Shown: positions 10,988 through 25,899, counted from the first letter of the whole stretch. The stretch: DNA of 63,498 bases, filler included, from Reticulomyxa filosa (GCA_000512085.1; 25 parts of 25 records of this genome joined end to end with filler, not necessarily neighbours in it); one strand, 5' to 3'. Numbers and translations are program-made. Notes: a model not told the origin generated them from the sequence alone.

Positions 10988-13412
10988 CTATTCACAACTG
11001 GACAAACTTGGCTCGATGAGGCCATCATCGAATATATTTGTAATAGTTGAGCTGTGGAATGAAGCTTCGGTCTTTCCTTGGAGTTCTCTTTCTTTTTCAG
11101 CGAGTTGGATTCGAAGAATCTCATTTTCTTTTTCTAAGTTTTCTAACCGCAGTTGTGATTGCGTTGCTTGTTGAATTTTAAGTTGTTCTGTTCTTTGTTC
11201 TTCTTGTTGTTTTATCAACGCCTGACCAATTTGCACCAATCTTTGCTCTTGTTGTCGGATCCTCTTTTTTTAGTGTTTGTGGTCCAAAAGTTTTTTTTTT
11301 TAAAAGGCAAAAAAAAAAAAGGGACGCCACAAATTACTTTACTCTCTCTTTTAATATGATCGCAATCTCTTTCGTTGTTAAAATGACTTCTCTTCCTTTG
11401 CAAGAATTACTATGTTCAGCTGGGCCAGTGAATTTGCGTTGATTAGAAAAATGCATATTGCACACTCTGCCCTGACTGTCAAAGCGTTCCAAGATACGTT
11501 GGATACTGTTTGGGGAAACAAGGGGGAGAGGAAAAGGAACAAATAATGTTCTAAAAAAAGCAGTGTTGAAAGAAAGAGAAAAATAATGACAAGGTAGAGG
11601 GAAAAAAGTAATAACCTTTCATCTTTTTCACCGACTTGCGTAATATCGGTAAAATCTAAAAAGTCGTCAAATTTTTTAACCATTGTTTTGATAAATTTGA
11701 GAATGGACAAACGTTCAAATTCGACTAAATTTAGCAAAATAGAATTGGAAAACGAGTCTGTTCCTCGCAACACTGATTGTATCAGTAAGCGAAACGTAGG
11801 ATCGGCAGTGCTACCAAAACTTTGCATCCACTGGCATATAATGTGCCAGAACACGTCTCTTTTGATGTCCCCGTCTTGTTCCGGTTTCATTACGGAAGAA
11901 CGATACATTAGATTTTTGTTTGCTCCATTGATTTGAAGGACTTCCTTTTTGTTTTTTTTTAAAATTATATATTCATATGAATTATTATAAATGTGTGAAG
12001 GAAAAAAAACATTCTCGGTCTACAAACACCAATTCCTTTCGGTCATAACAAAATCGTCTAAGTAACAAAACTTTAAGAAACAAGTCTGGATAAAAACTGG
12101 ATAAGAAATTAAGAAAATTGGGTCGCCCATGGAACGCGATACTGTGAAACATAGTGACACCGTTGTCACAGCGACGAAATAACAGATCGTAACGATCGTC
12201 TTCGACAAGGTTTTGCAGTTCTCTTGCAAACTGATCGATGGTGTCTTCTTCCACATATTTTTTCAGTCGAAACACTGTCATGCCCCTGTTTGTCGGCATC
12301 GGGGACATCCCTGTGCTCGACGAGTAAATAGGTAAGTTTGGGGCAATGTTGTTCAACAAGTTATCTGTATGCAAAAAAAAAAAAAAGAAGTTTGGTTAAA
12401 TGTAGAACGGACAAAAAAAAAATAAATATATATTTAGATATATATTTTTTTTTTGTGTGTTGAAATCATTGCAAAAAAAAAAACAAACAAACAAACAGAC
12501 ATTCCAAATTCTTTGGATGATTGGAAAGTGAGAATGCAGGGAACCTTTGGAAAGCGCTGTTACTTAGAGGTAGAAAACACCTTCGGAATACGATGAAGAA
12601 CTACTTTGAGAGAAAAGTGCTTGCTGTGGTGACAGTGGTGTAGTAGTGGTGAACTTACTGAGAGGTAGATCCATTGTTGTATTGTCGCTGGGGTTACTAT
12701 TGTTGTTTTTATCATTACTATTATTATTATTATTATTATTATTATTGTTATTGTTATTGTTATTATTAGTATGATGATGTTTGTTGCTGTTATTGTTGTT
12801 GTGACTATGGCAGTTGTCAGTGTGGTTTGTGTTGTTAGCAGTTATGATGTCATGAGCCACCATTCCAAATGGTAGGTCCGTTTTTCTTTGCTCGTCATTG
12901 GAGAGCCAACTCAAGAGCTTGCACTCACCATGATGTAATTCAACCAAGAGTAATTGCAAGCGTGCTTGTTTTTCGCGATCTCCATCGTAAGTCCCGTTGT
13001 GTTCATTATGTTCGTCCTCTTTAAAAATACTCGAGCATAGGAACACTGATATGTACCCGCAAAAGGGTTTGTTTGGAGGACAATACAATCGCGCACAAAG
13101 GGTTTCATCGTCTTTGCCAGTGTGATAGAATAGCGCAGGGCGCCAACCAGAAACCAGCATATTCAGTCCAGCACCAAATCTACCCTTTTGGCCTCCCCCT
13201 TGGCTGTTCTTTGTCCATTGTCCTCCGTCCACTTCCAAATATACGATATGACTGTCTTTCTGGTCTTTGTCCATCCATTGGATTTCAAAGTATGCCTTTT
13301 CTGTTGCTGTGATTCTGCATGTGTCCGCCTTTGTTTTGTTTTGTTTAGTTACATATATACATATAAATCTACTTTAAATTGCTATTGATTATACGTAGGC
13401 GCTCCAAGCAAT
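10988..13412 (-). CDS. Multi-exon hypothetical protein: poly-Asn tract, ankyrin-like repeat, C-terminal coiled coil; 5' truncated
   Basis: Collinear minus-strand ORFs 12564-13274, 11985-12374, 11378-11908 and 10988-11239 are separated by AT-rich intron-like gaps. NGVTMFHSIAFHGRPNFLNFL is ankyrin-like; RLENLEKENEILRIQLAEKERE is a coiled coil. Confidence 0.6.
12697..12800 (-). repeat. AAT/AAC trinucleotide run encoding poly-Asn
   Basis: (TTA/TTG)n on the plus strand. Confidence 0.9.
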
Positions 13413-13896
13413 NNNNNNNNNNNNNNNNNNNNNNNNNNNNNNNNNNNNNNNNNNNNTTAATTAATTAANNNNNNNNNNNNNNNNNNNNNNNNNNNNNNNN
13501 NNNNNNNNNNNNTACTGCATACTGATAATTTTCTTCAATAATTTGAACAACGTATTTCGAATAACCAATCATAAGTATTGATTTGTTATGTTAACAAAAA
13601 ATGCTTTCTTGATTTTTGCTTGACCACACGTAAAGTCTTATACTTCAATTGATTACTCCCAAAAATTTTTGAGTCTAATGCTTTACAAATAATTTGTTTC
13701 ATATGCCAGCATAAAAATAAAACTAAACATATAAATACGAAATGATGTCTACGAAAAACTCTTTTAATAATTTTATCTAAACAAATAAGACAAAGTTACC
13801 TCGCTAAATACAACTACAACGTATAAAAATTTTAATTTGTTTTAGTTGATATATACACTGAAAACCAAGTTTTTATTTTGTATAGTAGCATTCATA

Positions 13897-13930
13897 CAGG
13901 TGACCCTGTAAGAGTGGCATTTTTGTTAGT
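13897..13930 (+). mobile_element. Possible mariner-type TIR relic (second family)
   Basis: TA|CAGGTGACCCTGTAAGAGTGGCA resembles TA|CAGGGTGTCTACTGTAAAGAGCTACA, read on the minus strand at about 22106-22136. Confidence 0.3.
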
Positions 13931-14133
13931 ACTGCACTTAACAAGTTGGTCAGTTTTGGGTCAACAAAAGGGAAAAGACCAACGAGACTTCTTTACTGCT
14001 TGTCATTGATCCCATAATTTGCCGTATTTAAGATTTGTTGTTATTGGAACTTAAACAAGAACAAGTAAGCATGGCGTACTAAATCTGTATTTATTTCATA
14101 CCTGTTCTTTTTGTTTTGTCTTGTTACAGAATC

Positions 14134-15336
14134 ATGAGCGACTACAAAGAGCCAGCCCAAGGATCAGGAATGAAAGAGTCATTGGTGTCTGACGGTGACA
14201 AAGCTCCACAAAAGCAAAGACCTGGTGGTTGTAAAGGTAATGCATCCAACAACCCACATTACACAAGGACTGACAAAAGGAGTTTTTGTATTGATAAATA
14301 TAATCAACAATTGTAGGTGCATGCCAATGGTTTATGGAAAAGCCATTAAGTCGATGGCCATTCCTTGTATTTTTGCTGTTTGCTGGAGCAACTGTAATTT
14401 GGATGATCATGTATTTGGCCGGACAGAAAACGGGATATCTTATGGCGGGTCTGTCTGCAGTCGTCATGGCAGGTAAGGGAAGAAAATTTTTTTTTGGTCC
14501 CTTTCTCTAAAAAAAAAACCTAATCCGGTTGTCGAAATTGCTTTGCAAAAAAGTTTGCTTTTTTCCCCCTCCCTCGTTTCATATTTCTGCCCTCCTCAAT
14601 GAATATTATTGATTAGCATACGGAGCAAATCATTTCCGATTACTGTTGGGTCTGAAAGAGGAAGTTGATAGAATGGCACGATTGAACCGTGAATTTAAAC
14701 AAGAAAATGCCGCATTGCGACAAGAAGTGGATAAATTAACACGTGCCCGTGTACAATTGCAGACTGTGGAAGGAGAGTTAAAAGAATCAAACCAACGATT
14801 GAAGGTTAATCTGGTGAAATTCCGAGAATTGGACGAAAACTTAAAAAATTTGGCTGGAAGCAATTTGGAAGGCTTAGAAAAGTTGCAAAAATCTTCAAAA
14901 GCGGTAATGGATCGCTGGAAAGAGTCATTAATTAAAAACGAAAAAGCAATTTTGAACAAAGTGTACGATCAGGTAAATTTTAGTCAATTTTTTTTATCTT
15001 ACATATTGCATATTCACGTAGGTTTTTGTTGAGAAAAACAAAACAATGATTGATTGCATACATAAAAAGGGATACATTCCTCTTTCATACAAAATAATCT
15101 GACATCAAAAATAGTTTGAGTACAAAGATGACAAAGCAGATATGACTGAACAAGAATTCAATGAATTTTTGGACGCTTTACCAACAGAATATCGCAAGAG
15201 ATTCCAAGCACTTGGTAAGAGTTTCCGAGACTTGGCAGGTGACGATAGCATAATGCAATATGATGAATTTAAGAATTTGGTTGATTCGTGGGCAGATGAA
15301 GTCGCAAATCAAGGAGGGTCTGGAACCAACAAATAG
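14134..15336 (+). CDS. Uncharacterised protein: 2 TM helices + coiled coil + EF-hand-like pair (about 280 aa, 4 coding exons)
   Basis: Exons 14134-14236, 14317-14472, 14617-14972 and 15115-15336 join in frame with GT-AG introns. TMs WPFLVFLLFAGATVIWMIMYL and YLMAGLSAVVMAAYGA; coil LKEEVDRMARLNREFKQENAALRQEVDKL...; EF-like FEYKDDKADMTEQEFNEFL and FRDLAGDDSIMQYDEFKNLV. Confidence 0.85.
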
Positions 15337-16119
15337 ATTGGCTTTTTGTTTGTTTTTTTTAAATCATTATTATTACCAACATATCAATACTTGCACATTA
15401 ATCAACCTTGCCTCGTGGAGGTCTGAAATGCCATTTTTTTATTTTATCGTGGCAATCTTTGTAAGATGAAGGGCTTTCTCATCATCCCTTTTTTGCACCA
15501 AGATTTATTTGTATTTTCATAAATTCTTTCATTGACCTTGTGGTTTCCTTGGGGCAAAATCACAGAGTAGCAGTGCCTGTTTTCACAACTTATTTTGTTA
15601 AAAGCTTCAATACAAGAAGTATCCAATTTGGACAGTGCCTGTAATTTTTTCAAATTTGTGTATGCCAGCATAATGATCGTAACATGTAACATCAGTTGAT
15701 ACTGTCAGTGCTATAAATCGCACACTTTGTTATCAAGGGTTTTGCGATATCATTTTTCAATTCAATAAAACATGACCCTTTTTTTGTGCCGAATTTGTTA
15801 AAATTAAGAGCCTTATTTTAGAGTTTTTTTTGCACTTGAATGTTTCTGGCGCCGAAAAGTGAAGAAATCTAATGTGCAAAATTTGCAACTGTCTTTTATA
15901 CTGCTCAATAGAACATTATCTGCAGAATAAATTGCCTGATTTTAGTATTAAATGATAACAATCAAAATAGATCATTGGTTTATTTTTAACGTAAAAAAAA
16001 TGATGCAGTGGAGCTTTTGTTAGACAAACAAATGCCTTTATTGAACCAATTACTTCATGATGAAACTGTAAATATTTTTTGTCGTGGCAAACTAATACCC
16101 GAAATAAATGAAGGGGCTT

Positions 16120-19100
16120 TCATGCCAACTTGAATGAGTTGATTTGGGCAAGGACCGTATGTAACTCAACAGTATTTGCAAGCAATTGTTTTAGTTCTAG
16201 CATTTCAAGTAATGTTGTACTTAATTTGCTCAATTCACATTTTTTGCGACCTGTAGGCTGAGTTCTGGCGCCTACATCTGCCACAAACAAATGAGAGTCG
16301 ATCATGCAAGATTTTTCGATAACATTCGGACGACAACAAATTGTATCTTTTCATTTCGTTCTTTTGCTGCTTCCTATCACAAAAATAATAAAAAAGGAAA
16401 TGGACAAAACTTGAAGCAAATAAAGAATCTCAAAATTTGAGTTTGAGGTATCAAATATCTTTAGAAGAAAAGCAAAGAGTATATACATACCACCTTAAAA
16501 TTGGCCAGCACAATCTTGTGCTCAAATACACTCAATGGAATGACATGAACCGGGACATGATATTGTTGAAGGATATTTGTAAATGCGTACAAAACAGAAT
16601 GCAATTCTACACTCCAATACACCTGCTGAAGTAATGACATGAACGCAACTGATTCATAATGTAGCCCATCGTAGCCATAGCGAACACCGGGGCTCTTACT
16701 GCGAAGCAGCAGTTGTCTTTGACGCAGTCGTTTGTGTTGTTGCAGCGCCCTCAAATGTAATTTTTGTCTAGTGTCATAATACTGTTCCAAAACGTTTTGC
16801 CAATTGAAAACCACCAGGGAAAACGGAACGTCCATGGTATAGGGGCTGTCATTTTCAAATGTAACAAATATTTCATATGCTGGATTATTCACATTATGGT
16901 TATAATCTGGGGAATTCATACAAATCTCTGGATCAGCCCTATCAAATTTCAATTCCAAGGATACGACTATCTCACAACAACAACAAGAACAAACAAGTGC
17001 ACGTTGATTTGTGGATGTGGATTGATCTTATTGTTTGCAGTGCAAATGGAACAGACAATCGATTTAAAAGAAAACATATATATATTTTTTGTTCGAGCAT
17101 GAACTAAAAGTCATGCCGAGTATTGCAAATCGAATTTGAAGAATAACCGTTTCCAACGTAATGAATACTTGCTTGATTTGATAGAAAGTGTATGGCATGT
17201 ACAGTTTGTGACAACACACTGGCAATACCATCAGGTCATTTTTTGCAGTGGAGAATTTCAAAAAGTCTTGCACAATGTTGTAAACCGCACAAATGCGATA
17301 ACAATAGCCAAACATTCTCGTCAAGTGTCCAAACTTCATGCTGTTGTTGTGCACAAACCGCAACTCGACCGATGAGGATGGGGATGAGGATGAAGACGAG
17401 GACGAGGGTTCAACAGCACGAAATATTTGACCATGAGGACAAGACACGTGCTGCAAGATGAGATCCCAATATTCGACAGAAAAGAACTCCTCTTGACGCA
17501 CATAACAACTCCATTGATAAGAGGGTACGTATACATATCTGTGAGTTCTTTTGGTCTCTGCTTGGACTTCTTCGTTGTCGTGGCAATGAAGTTGAAATTC
17601 GATTTCAAAGCACATTGGACTCAGCAGCAATAAGTCACCGCCTGAACCCGGCATTGGAAAAGATGCCTCAACTTTGAAGGTTTTGGTCTTTGTTACCAAA
17701 TCTTCATTCCATTGTAATGGCAATGGGCCAGGAACATTGCTCAAACAAAAAGGGATGGACTTTTCCAACATTAGTTTCTAATTACGTACACAAATCAAAA
17801 TAATCCAGTTCAGCAAAAATATTTTCCAAACAAACAAAAATGAAAGGTAACATAATAAAAAATAATGGATTAAAAAAGTGAACTGGTAAAAACGCCAAAA
17901 TATCGTTAATTAATAAAATGAGTGCACTATTTTTGAGTGATAATATCCCTTGTTTGACACTGATTCCTTTTTGGGGATGACTCAGATTTTGTGTGAACAT
18001 GATTTCTCCACAGTCGTTGCTCAACACCAAAATGCATTCGCACAGCATTTCGGATTTGAAATAAATCACAACAAACGCATTAGTTTCAAATCCACCAGGA
18101 ATTCGTATGAATATCGATTCACTTTCACGATACATAGATACAAATTCGTGTTTAGTTTCCTCATTGTTATTGTTATTGTTGTTGTCATTTTCATTTTCAA
18201 TTTCGTTTTCATTTTCATTTGTATTATCAACTTCATTAATAATTTCGTTATCATTGGCAGTATCATTTTGTTGTCCCGATGCGATGCTTGGGATACCCTG
18301 TGATCGTTTGGAAGTGGACAACGCAATCTTTGATTTTTTATTGAGCCCATGCGCCTGCAGACAAGGAGCGTAGGATTGCGCGTACAAGTTCAAATCGTGT
18401 GTTGCCAAGTGCAGCACGTGTTCCATTAGACAGTCTACGCGAGCATGTTTAATGATTTGTTGAATGACAGACAAATCACGATTGATTTTGGATTGATACT
18501 TTTTCAAGTTTCGATGTGATATAGCACTCTGTCCACATAGCATGTCGTTCGACATTTCTAACATTATTTCGCCTGTTTCCGTGTTTATTGTGAGGCATAG
18601 GCACTTGTTCGCCATCAATTCAACGTCAATCCATTGATTACTATTATTATTGTTGTCATTATCATTGTTATTATTATTATTATTATTGTCATTATTGTTA
18701 TCAGTGTTAGTATGGTTTGATTATTGTTATCATTGTTGTTGTTGTTATTGTGATTGTTATTGTTTCGGTGCTGATTTTTCTCACACAAATTGTTGTTGTT
18801 TTTTGTAAGAGCCAATCTGTGACGGATCGAAACTTGACACATTGCAAAATGGTGCGCTTTAATTGTGGAGTGAGTGGTCCTGATATTGACCCATACGAGC
18901 TGGCGTGAATGGTTAGCTTCAATCCGTCGATGGCTAGCATTTTTTCGTACAGATATAGCAGCCTATTATTTTTTATTTTGTTTTTTTGTTGGATTTCTTA
19001 CACTTCAAATACACACTGGGGAAAAATAAAAAAAAAATACCTAAAATTGGAATGTAATTTTGTGACCAAATGAACACAATAAGGCAAGTTCAAAGAGTCT

Positions 19101-21599
19101 AGTCTCATTTTCACTACGTCTTCTGTGTCAATTGGAAGCGTTGGTTCGTATTCCACTCGAATGTTATCGCCTTCGCAAAGCAGAGTGACTTGAATGCGAA
19201 ATTGAGACCACAATTCCTGTTGTTGGCGTTCCGTTTCTTTGTCACTATATAGGTCCACGAGTTATGTATATTTTTTCTATTGTAATTTTGACAATCATGA
19301 TATAATCACGACAGACAACAACGACAACGACAAAATGCTTACAAAAAAAAGTCAGAAGCAGCGCTTGAAGCCAATTCTCTTCGCATTTTTTTGACAAGCG
19401 GATGACGAGACTTTTTGAAAAGGTCTTGGGTTTTGCTCGAATTAGTCAAAGAGTAATAGGAAAATTCGGTGGCCGAAACGGAATGGTTGTCAAGCATGTC
19501 TTCATTGACGAATTTGGACATTGGCACGTTCAAAGACTGTCCCGGCGTCCATGCTTGAAAATGCGTGTACGCATCTGGAGGAAGTTTCACGGCATTTTTC
19601 CACAGACGAATGGTGATAAACTTATGTCTTTCACGTTCAATGTGGATTTTGTCGTCGCCATAGCGTATCTGAGTAATTGCCATCACAAAAAAAAAAAGGG
19701 GCGGCATGAGACAAGAAGAAAAGGAGAGGGCACACAGCAAAACTAAACTCGAACGTATGCCAATTGCTTGATAAGTACGTCAAACGCAAGTTTCAAACAA
19801 AACGCCGTAAAAAATGAAAGGCAAATTGCAAGGGATTGGCTGACGATTGCATGCCCTTGTTGACCTGCTGCAGCAACACGAGCGTTCTTTTGGGGTCCAC
19901 AATTTCTTCCAACGGCTTTGCGCTTTGCTTCAATTGGAGTGCGTTGGCTTCGTCTTTAGTGTCGTCGTTCGATTGCAAAGTGATTTCAATCGACGTGGAC
20001 GCTCTCAACAAAAAATGCAATTGAAATAAGCTCCAGCGAATCCTTTCGTTTGTGGGGTCGTCTTCATCATTTTCGCTTTCATTGTCTGTTTCACTTACAT
20101 TTGCATTTGCATTTGCATTTGCATTTACATTTGCATTTACATTTGCATTTACATTTGTATATTCATTTTCATTCTCATTCTCATTTTTCATGGCATTGCT
20201 GTTATCATTCATATTGTTGTTATTGTCATTAATAAAACTTTTTTCCTCGTCCATTGGCTCTTGTTTTATTTTTGTTGAATCGTTTCTTTGTTTTTGCTTT
20301 TATCATTGTTATTATTATTGTTATTGTCATTGCCCTTATCCTTGTGCTTATCTTTTTGTTTATTCTTGCTTTTGTTTTGGTTTTTATCTTTTTTATCTTT
20401 GTCTTTGTCTTTTTGTTTGCGCTTATATTTCTTTTCCATTTCTATTTCTTCTCTTGTCTTCGGCCGCATTCTCAAGGATACCGCAATTTCAAACTCACCA
20501 TTCACTCTTAGATATGCCATCCCATTTTCTGATATTATATATACATATATATATATATATGTATATATGTATATGTATTGCATTGTGTCATCTGACTGTG
20601 TACAACAGCAGAAGAGAACAGTACCGACACACAGCAGCTCGAATTCTTGCGGGATTTCATCACAAAGCAATCGAATCCGTATCAGATCATTCAAGGCCTG
20701 GCTCGTTTGTTTCATCAATACCGGCGTTACTTTTTTCGCTTGTCCAGCTGCGTCCTTTCATTCCATCGTCATACGTCACACACACACATATATGCAAATA
20801 TACATATACTTATGTTATATATGTATATATTACAGAACAAGGAAAACGAATTGTAAATCAAACCTCGATTATTTTGGGGAGAAAAAGATATGATCCCGAT
20901 GGCAGCACACTCAAAGCCGTTTCAACGTCCCAGGGTTGTTGTTCCGTTTTTTTTTTTTTTTTTTTTTTTAATTCATACCAATTCGCTATAAAAAAAAAAA
21001 GAAATGATAATAACTAATACATTGTCATCGCCATTTCTTGTGCAATGGCATCCAAATTGACAATCGCGACATGAAAGTTGTGTTCACTTGTTGAAATTAT
21101 GGATTGAATTTCCTTTTTTTTTTTTGTTATTTGTTTGTTTGAACACAAAATGTGTTCAAACCAATAAATAAATAAATAAAAAATAAGATAGCAATGTTTG
21201 AGTTCAACACCATGCCTCCAGACAGGATAAACGACTTTGATATTGCATCAACCAATGTGTCAATACCAAAAAACGTATCAATTTGTGTCTGCAAACTGGC
21301 AACCATTCTTTCAATTTTTTTCGACGCCCTGCCACTGGTTCTGAGTTTAGTCTTTTTTTTTTGTTTCAGTGTGCGATTTCACTTTGCTTATCTTCGCTTT
21401 CTCTCGTAAATCCTCGTTTTATTCCCTTTCCGGTTGGAAGTTGACTTAACTGTGCCAGCAGAAAAATTAAATCATCGTACAATTGTTGAGACAGAGAACG
21501 AACCAACGGCCCAAAGCGCAGGGTGTTCCCTCGATAATCCGGGATTTGTTGTGATTGCGGAATCACAAATTGGCTAATCTGACCTCCAGATTGCTGCAT
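16120..21599 (-). CDS. MED14: Mediator complex subunit 14, many exons; 3' end approximate
   Basis: Med14 N-terminal signatures in order after splicing: FGPLVRSLSQQLYDDLIFLL; RRKKLKEWLPVCRHKLIRFLVLTHW (after a 42-nt intron at 21341-21382); NPWDVETALSVLPSGSYLFLPKII; ENGMAYLRVNGEFEIAVSL; IRWSLFQLHFL. Further collinear minus-strand exons run to about 16.1-16.4 kb. Confidence 0.82.
20095..20410 (-). repeat. Low-complexity coding repeats inside MED14 (NA/NV, NE, KD dipeptides, poly-Asn)
   Basis: (CATTTG/CATTTA)n and (TCTTTG/TCTTTA)n hexamer runs. Confidence 0.85.
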
Positions 21600-21910
21600 C
21601 CTCTTTTTTTAATAAGTCACGATGGCCTCACCTCCGACTGATGCCCACCCCTTTTTTTGTACTTGTTGTTTCGGCAGTATCTGCAGCCTTTGCTTGTAAT
21701 CTATTTTTGATTTGACACGGTATTATTTACATTAAGTTTTGATAAATTTAGTTGCACAGATATCATTGTATGAATTTATTCAAATAAAATTAATAATTTA
21801 TGATAGAGAAATAGATTTTTAATAAATCTAGTTGTAAAATTAAATAATTTTCAAGATACAAGTTTAGCAAATAATCCAAATATATAAGTGTTCTAAAACT
21901 GAAAAAATAT

Positions 21911-22105
21911 TGTAGGGCAGGTCCATTACACATGGTTGAACCCTTATGGAACTGAGGAGCTCCCGTTGGGTTAACTTTTCCACCAACTTTTCTTCACTTC
22001 TTGTTTGTTTTCTTCTTGCTTATTGAGTTATTCATTTTGGTTATTTAATTTACTTTGTTTTACTGAAAGCCACTCTCAATTCGAGTAAAACCTTTTCGTA
22101 TTACA
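21911..22105. mobile_element. TGTA...TACA-bounded interspersed element (LTR-like), copy A
   Basis: 195 bp. Collinear blocks shared with 25600-25796: GGAAC, CCCG.TGGGTTAA, TCACTT, TTATTG.GTT, ATTTAATTT, TTTTACTGAA and TTTCGTATTACA.TTAGT. Confidence 0.65.
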
Positions 22106-22144
22106 TTTAGTGTAGCTCTTTACAGTAGACACCCTGTATACCAA

Positions 22145-22988
22145 TTGGAAGAAGTAAAAGATGTAACAAAGATGAAATTATTTAAAGAAATAACAAACGG
22201 AAAAAAAGTGAACGGCATGTATCAAGGTTGTGGATTGCCATTGATATCTGACAAAGATAAGAGAGGATTAGAAATAAGTAAATTTTGGAAAGGGTATAAA
22301 CGTGACGTAAGTGGTAGCGAAAGCGGTCACGAATATATTTTCCACAATGGTCTTTGTGTCAAGCTGCGTCGTTGCAAGGAAAGAATTCGCAACAGTTTAT
22401 ATTAATGACGGAAGTAAGAAAGAGTGGCTTTCTATCGATTATAGTGAACATGAAAAATTTGTATGTTTATTTCGTTTCTGTTGCATTGTCCCTTTTTTTT
22501 GAATATTGAAATTTTGGGACATGTGCCACATGTATATGCGATATTGTAATATGAAACACAACAATATGTTGCATTTGATCGGGTGGGTGGGTTTCTAGTC
22601 AGAACACTGCAAACCGGTGTGTTACACCACTTGGGATGAACAATTTGCTCAACAAAACCTCCGACAAAACATAATTGAATACTGTCGAGCAGTAAAAGCA
22701 GCGATGTATCGTGAGTTGGATCTAGTAGTTTCGTGTCTTTGTTTTTTTTTATCCACTGTGCTGTCTTTGATAAAAACCAAATTAATGCTATGTTTTGTGA
22801 ATTACACATATTGCAGTAATTAAAGGAACATATTCGAGAAAAACTTAACATTAATATAACTGAAAAAGCAATAGCCGAGGCTGGGGCTAAAAATGCGACA
22901 GCTGGTCAATCTCAAGTCAAAGGAAACAATGGAAATGCATTGGAAGATCTCGAAATACGACTAAGAATGAAACCTACTGATTTGTGAG
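22145..22988 (+). pseudogene. Disrupted gene of unknown family with intron remnants
   Basis: Coding-like pieces in shifting frames with stops: GCGLPLISDKDKRGLEISKFWKGY, SKKEWLSIDYSEHEKF, WDEQFAQQNLRQNIIEYCRAVKAAMYR, LKEHIREKLNINITEKAIAEAG. Confidence 0.45.
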
Positions 22989-23199
22989 TAATTGAAAGAA
23001 AAAATTCGTATATAACATTCTTTTACTTGATAATGAGGAATAATTCTTGCAATATTTCGTCTGTTGTCTTTACAATTCCTCAATTGGACATTTTATGCAC
23101 TTCAAAATTCTTCTTAGTTTCTTCTCTTATCAGTTTGTTTTGACAACAAACTTCAAGTGAACGTCTTACTTAAACTGTTACCCCTAAAGATTACATACA

Positions 23200-24871
<1,672 letters not shown>

Positions 24872-25599
24872 GCAAAAACTAAAAAATGAGTGAATACTAG
24901 CAAAAAATTTGAGCACTTGTTTTTAACATTTATTCGGCAAAAAGTTTTGGCTAGGATTGTGAAACTAGTTAGTTGACTCATTCTTGTTGTTTCTCAAGTA
25001 CTCTCACTTTACTTTTAAAATGATTTCTAGTGTTATTGTCGACTTCAGCAATTAAATAAGCAAATGCAAAACAAATTAAATACAAACTCATTTGGGGTAA
25101 TTTTTTAAGTGTTCAAATTGAAGTAGCTTATATTTACGATAATCTTACAAAATTTGTTGAGTGTATTTGTTAAAAGATAAACAAAAGACCAAAAAATATT
25201 GATGTTAGCACGAACATTACCAAAAACGTATATTAACAAAAGCTTAACACCAAGTAATAAGTAATATTTATATTCAAATAGTTGTTATCATGATCATAAC
25301 ATCATTTTTTTCTTTGCTTCACACGCAAAAAAAAGCAAAACATTGCAATTTTGGATAGATCGTAGCAATTAGCCGAATCAATGGAAAAAATAATTGTTAA
25401 AGTTTGAAAATTCGAAGATAAATACAGTGAAATTGCGTGTACACACGTCAGACATTTATCGAAACATTGTACAAGAAAGTTGATTTTTATATTTGCTTTG
25501 TTTTAATTTCGAAAATTGTTTACATAATTATTTTGTGAAAAAAGAAATATAGATACGAACTCACATTAACGCTGCAAAATTACATTTTAAAAAATAGAT

Positions 25600-25796
25600 T
25601 GTATGATAAGGCCCTGTTATACAATCTCAAATACTAAGGGAACGGTGGGACCCGGTGGGTTAAAACCTTCTTCACAACACAACTCACTTTTGTGTTTTCT
25701 TTACTTGTTTTCCTTTATTGTGTTGAAATTCTTTTTGTTAATTTAATTTCCTTTTACTGAAGTTGCTTTTTGGAACTAAGTTCCTTTCGTATTACA
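25600..25796. mobile_element. TGTA...TACA-bounded interspersed element (LTR-like), copy B
   Basis: 197 bp and homologous to 21911-22105. Subterminal hairpin GGAAC-TAA-GTTCC and internal hairpin ACCC-GGT-GGGT. Confidence 0.65.
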
Positions 25797-25899
25797 CTTA
25801 GTCGTCTCAATATTCTAACAAGATGACGAGTGTATTGCAATATATAACGTTATTTTCAACTAAACAATTATTGATACGTAAAAATTGTGCAAATATTTG

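Noticed and set aside
20052-21017. 321-aa hydrophobic plus-strand ORF and overlapping ORFs
   Set aside because: Antisense of MED14 low-complexity exons and introns.
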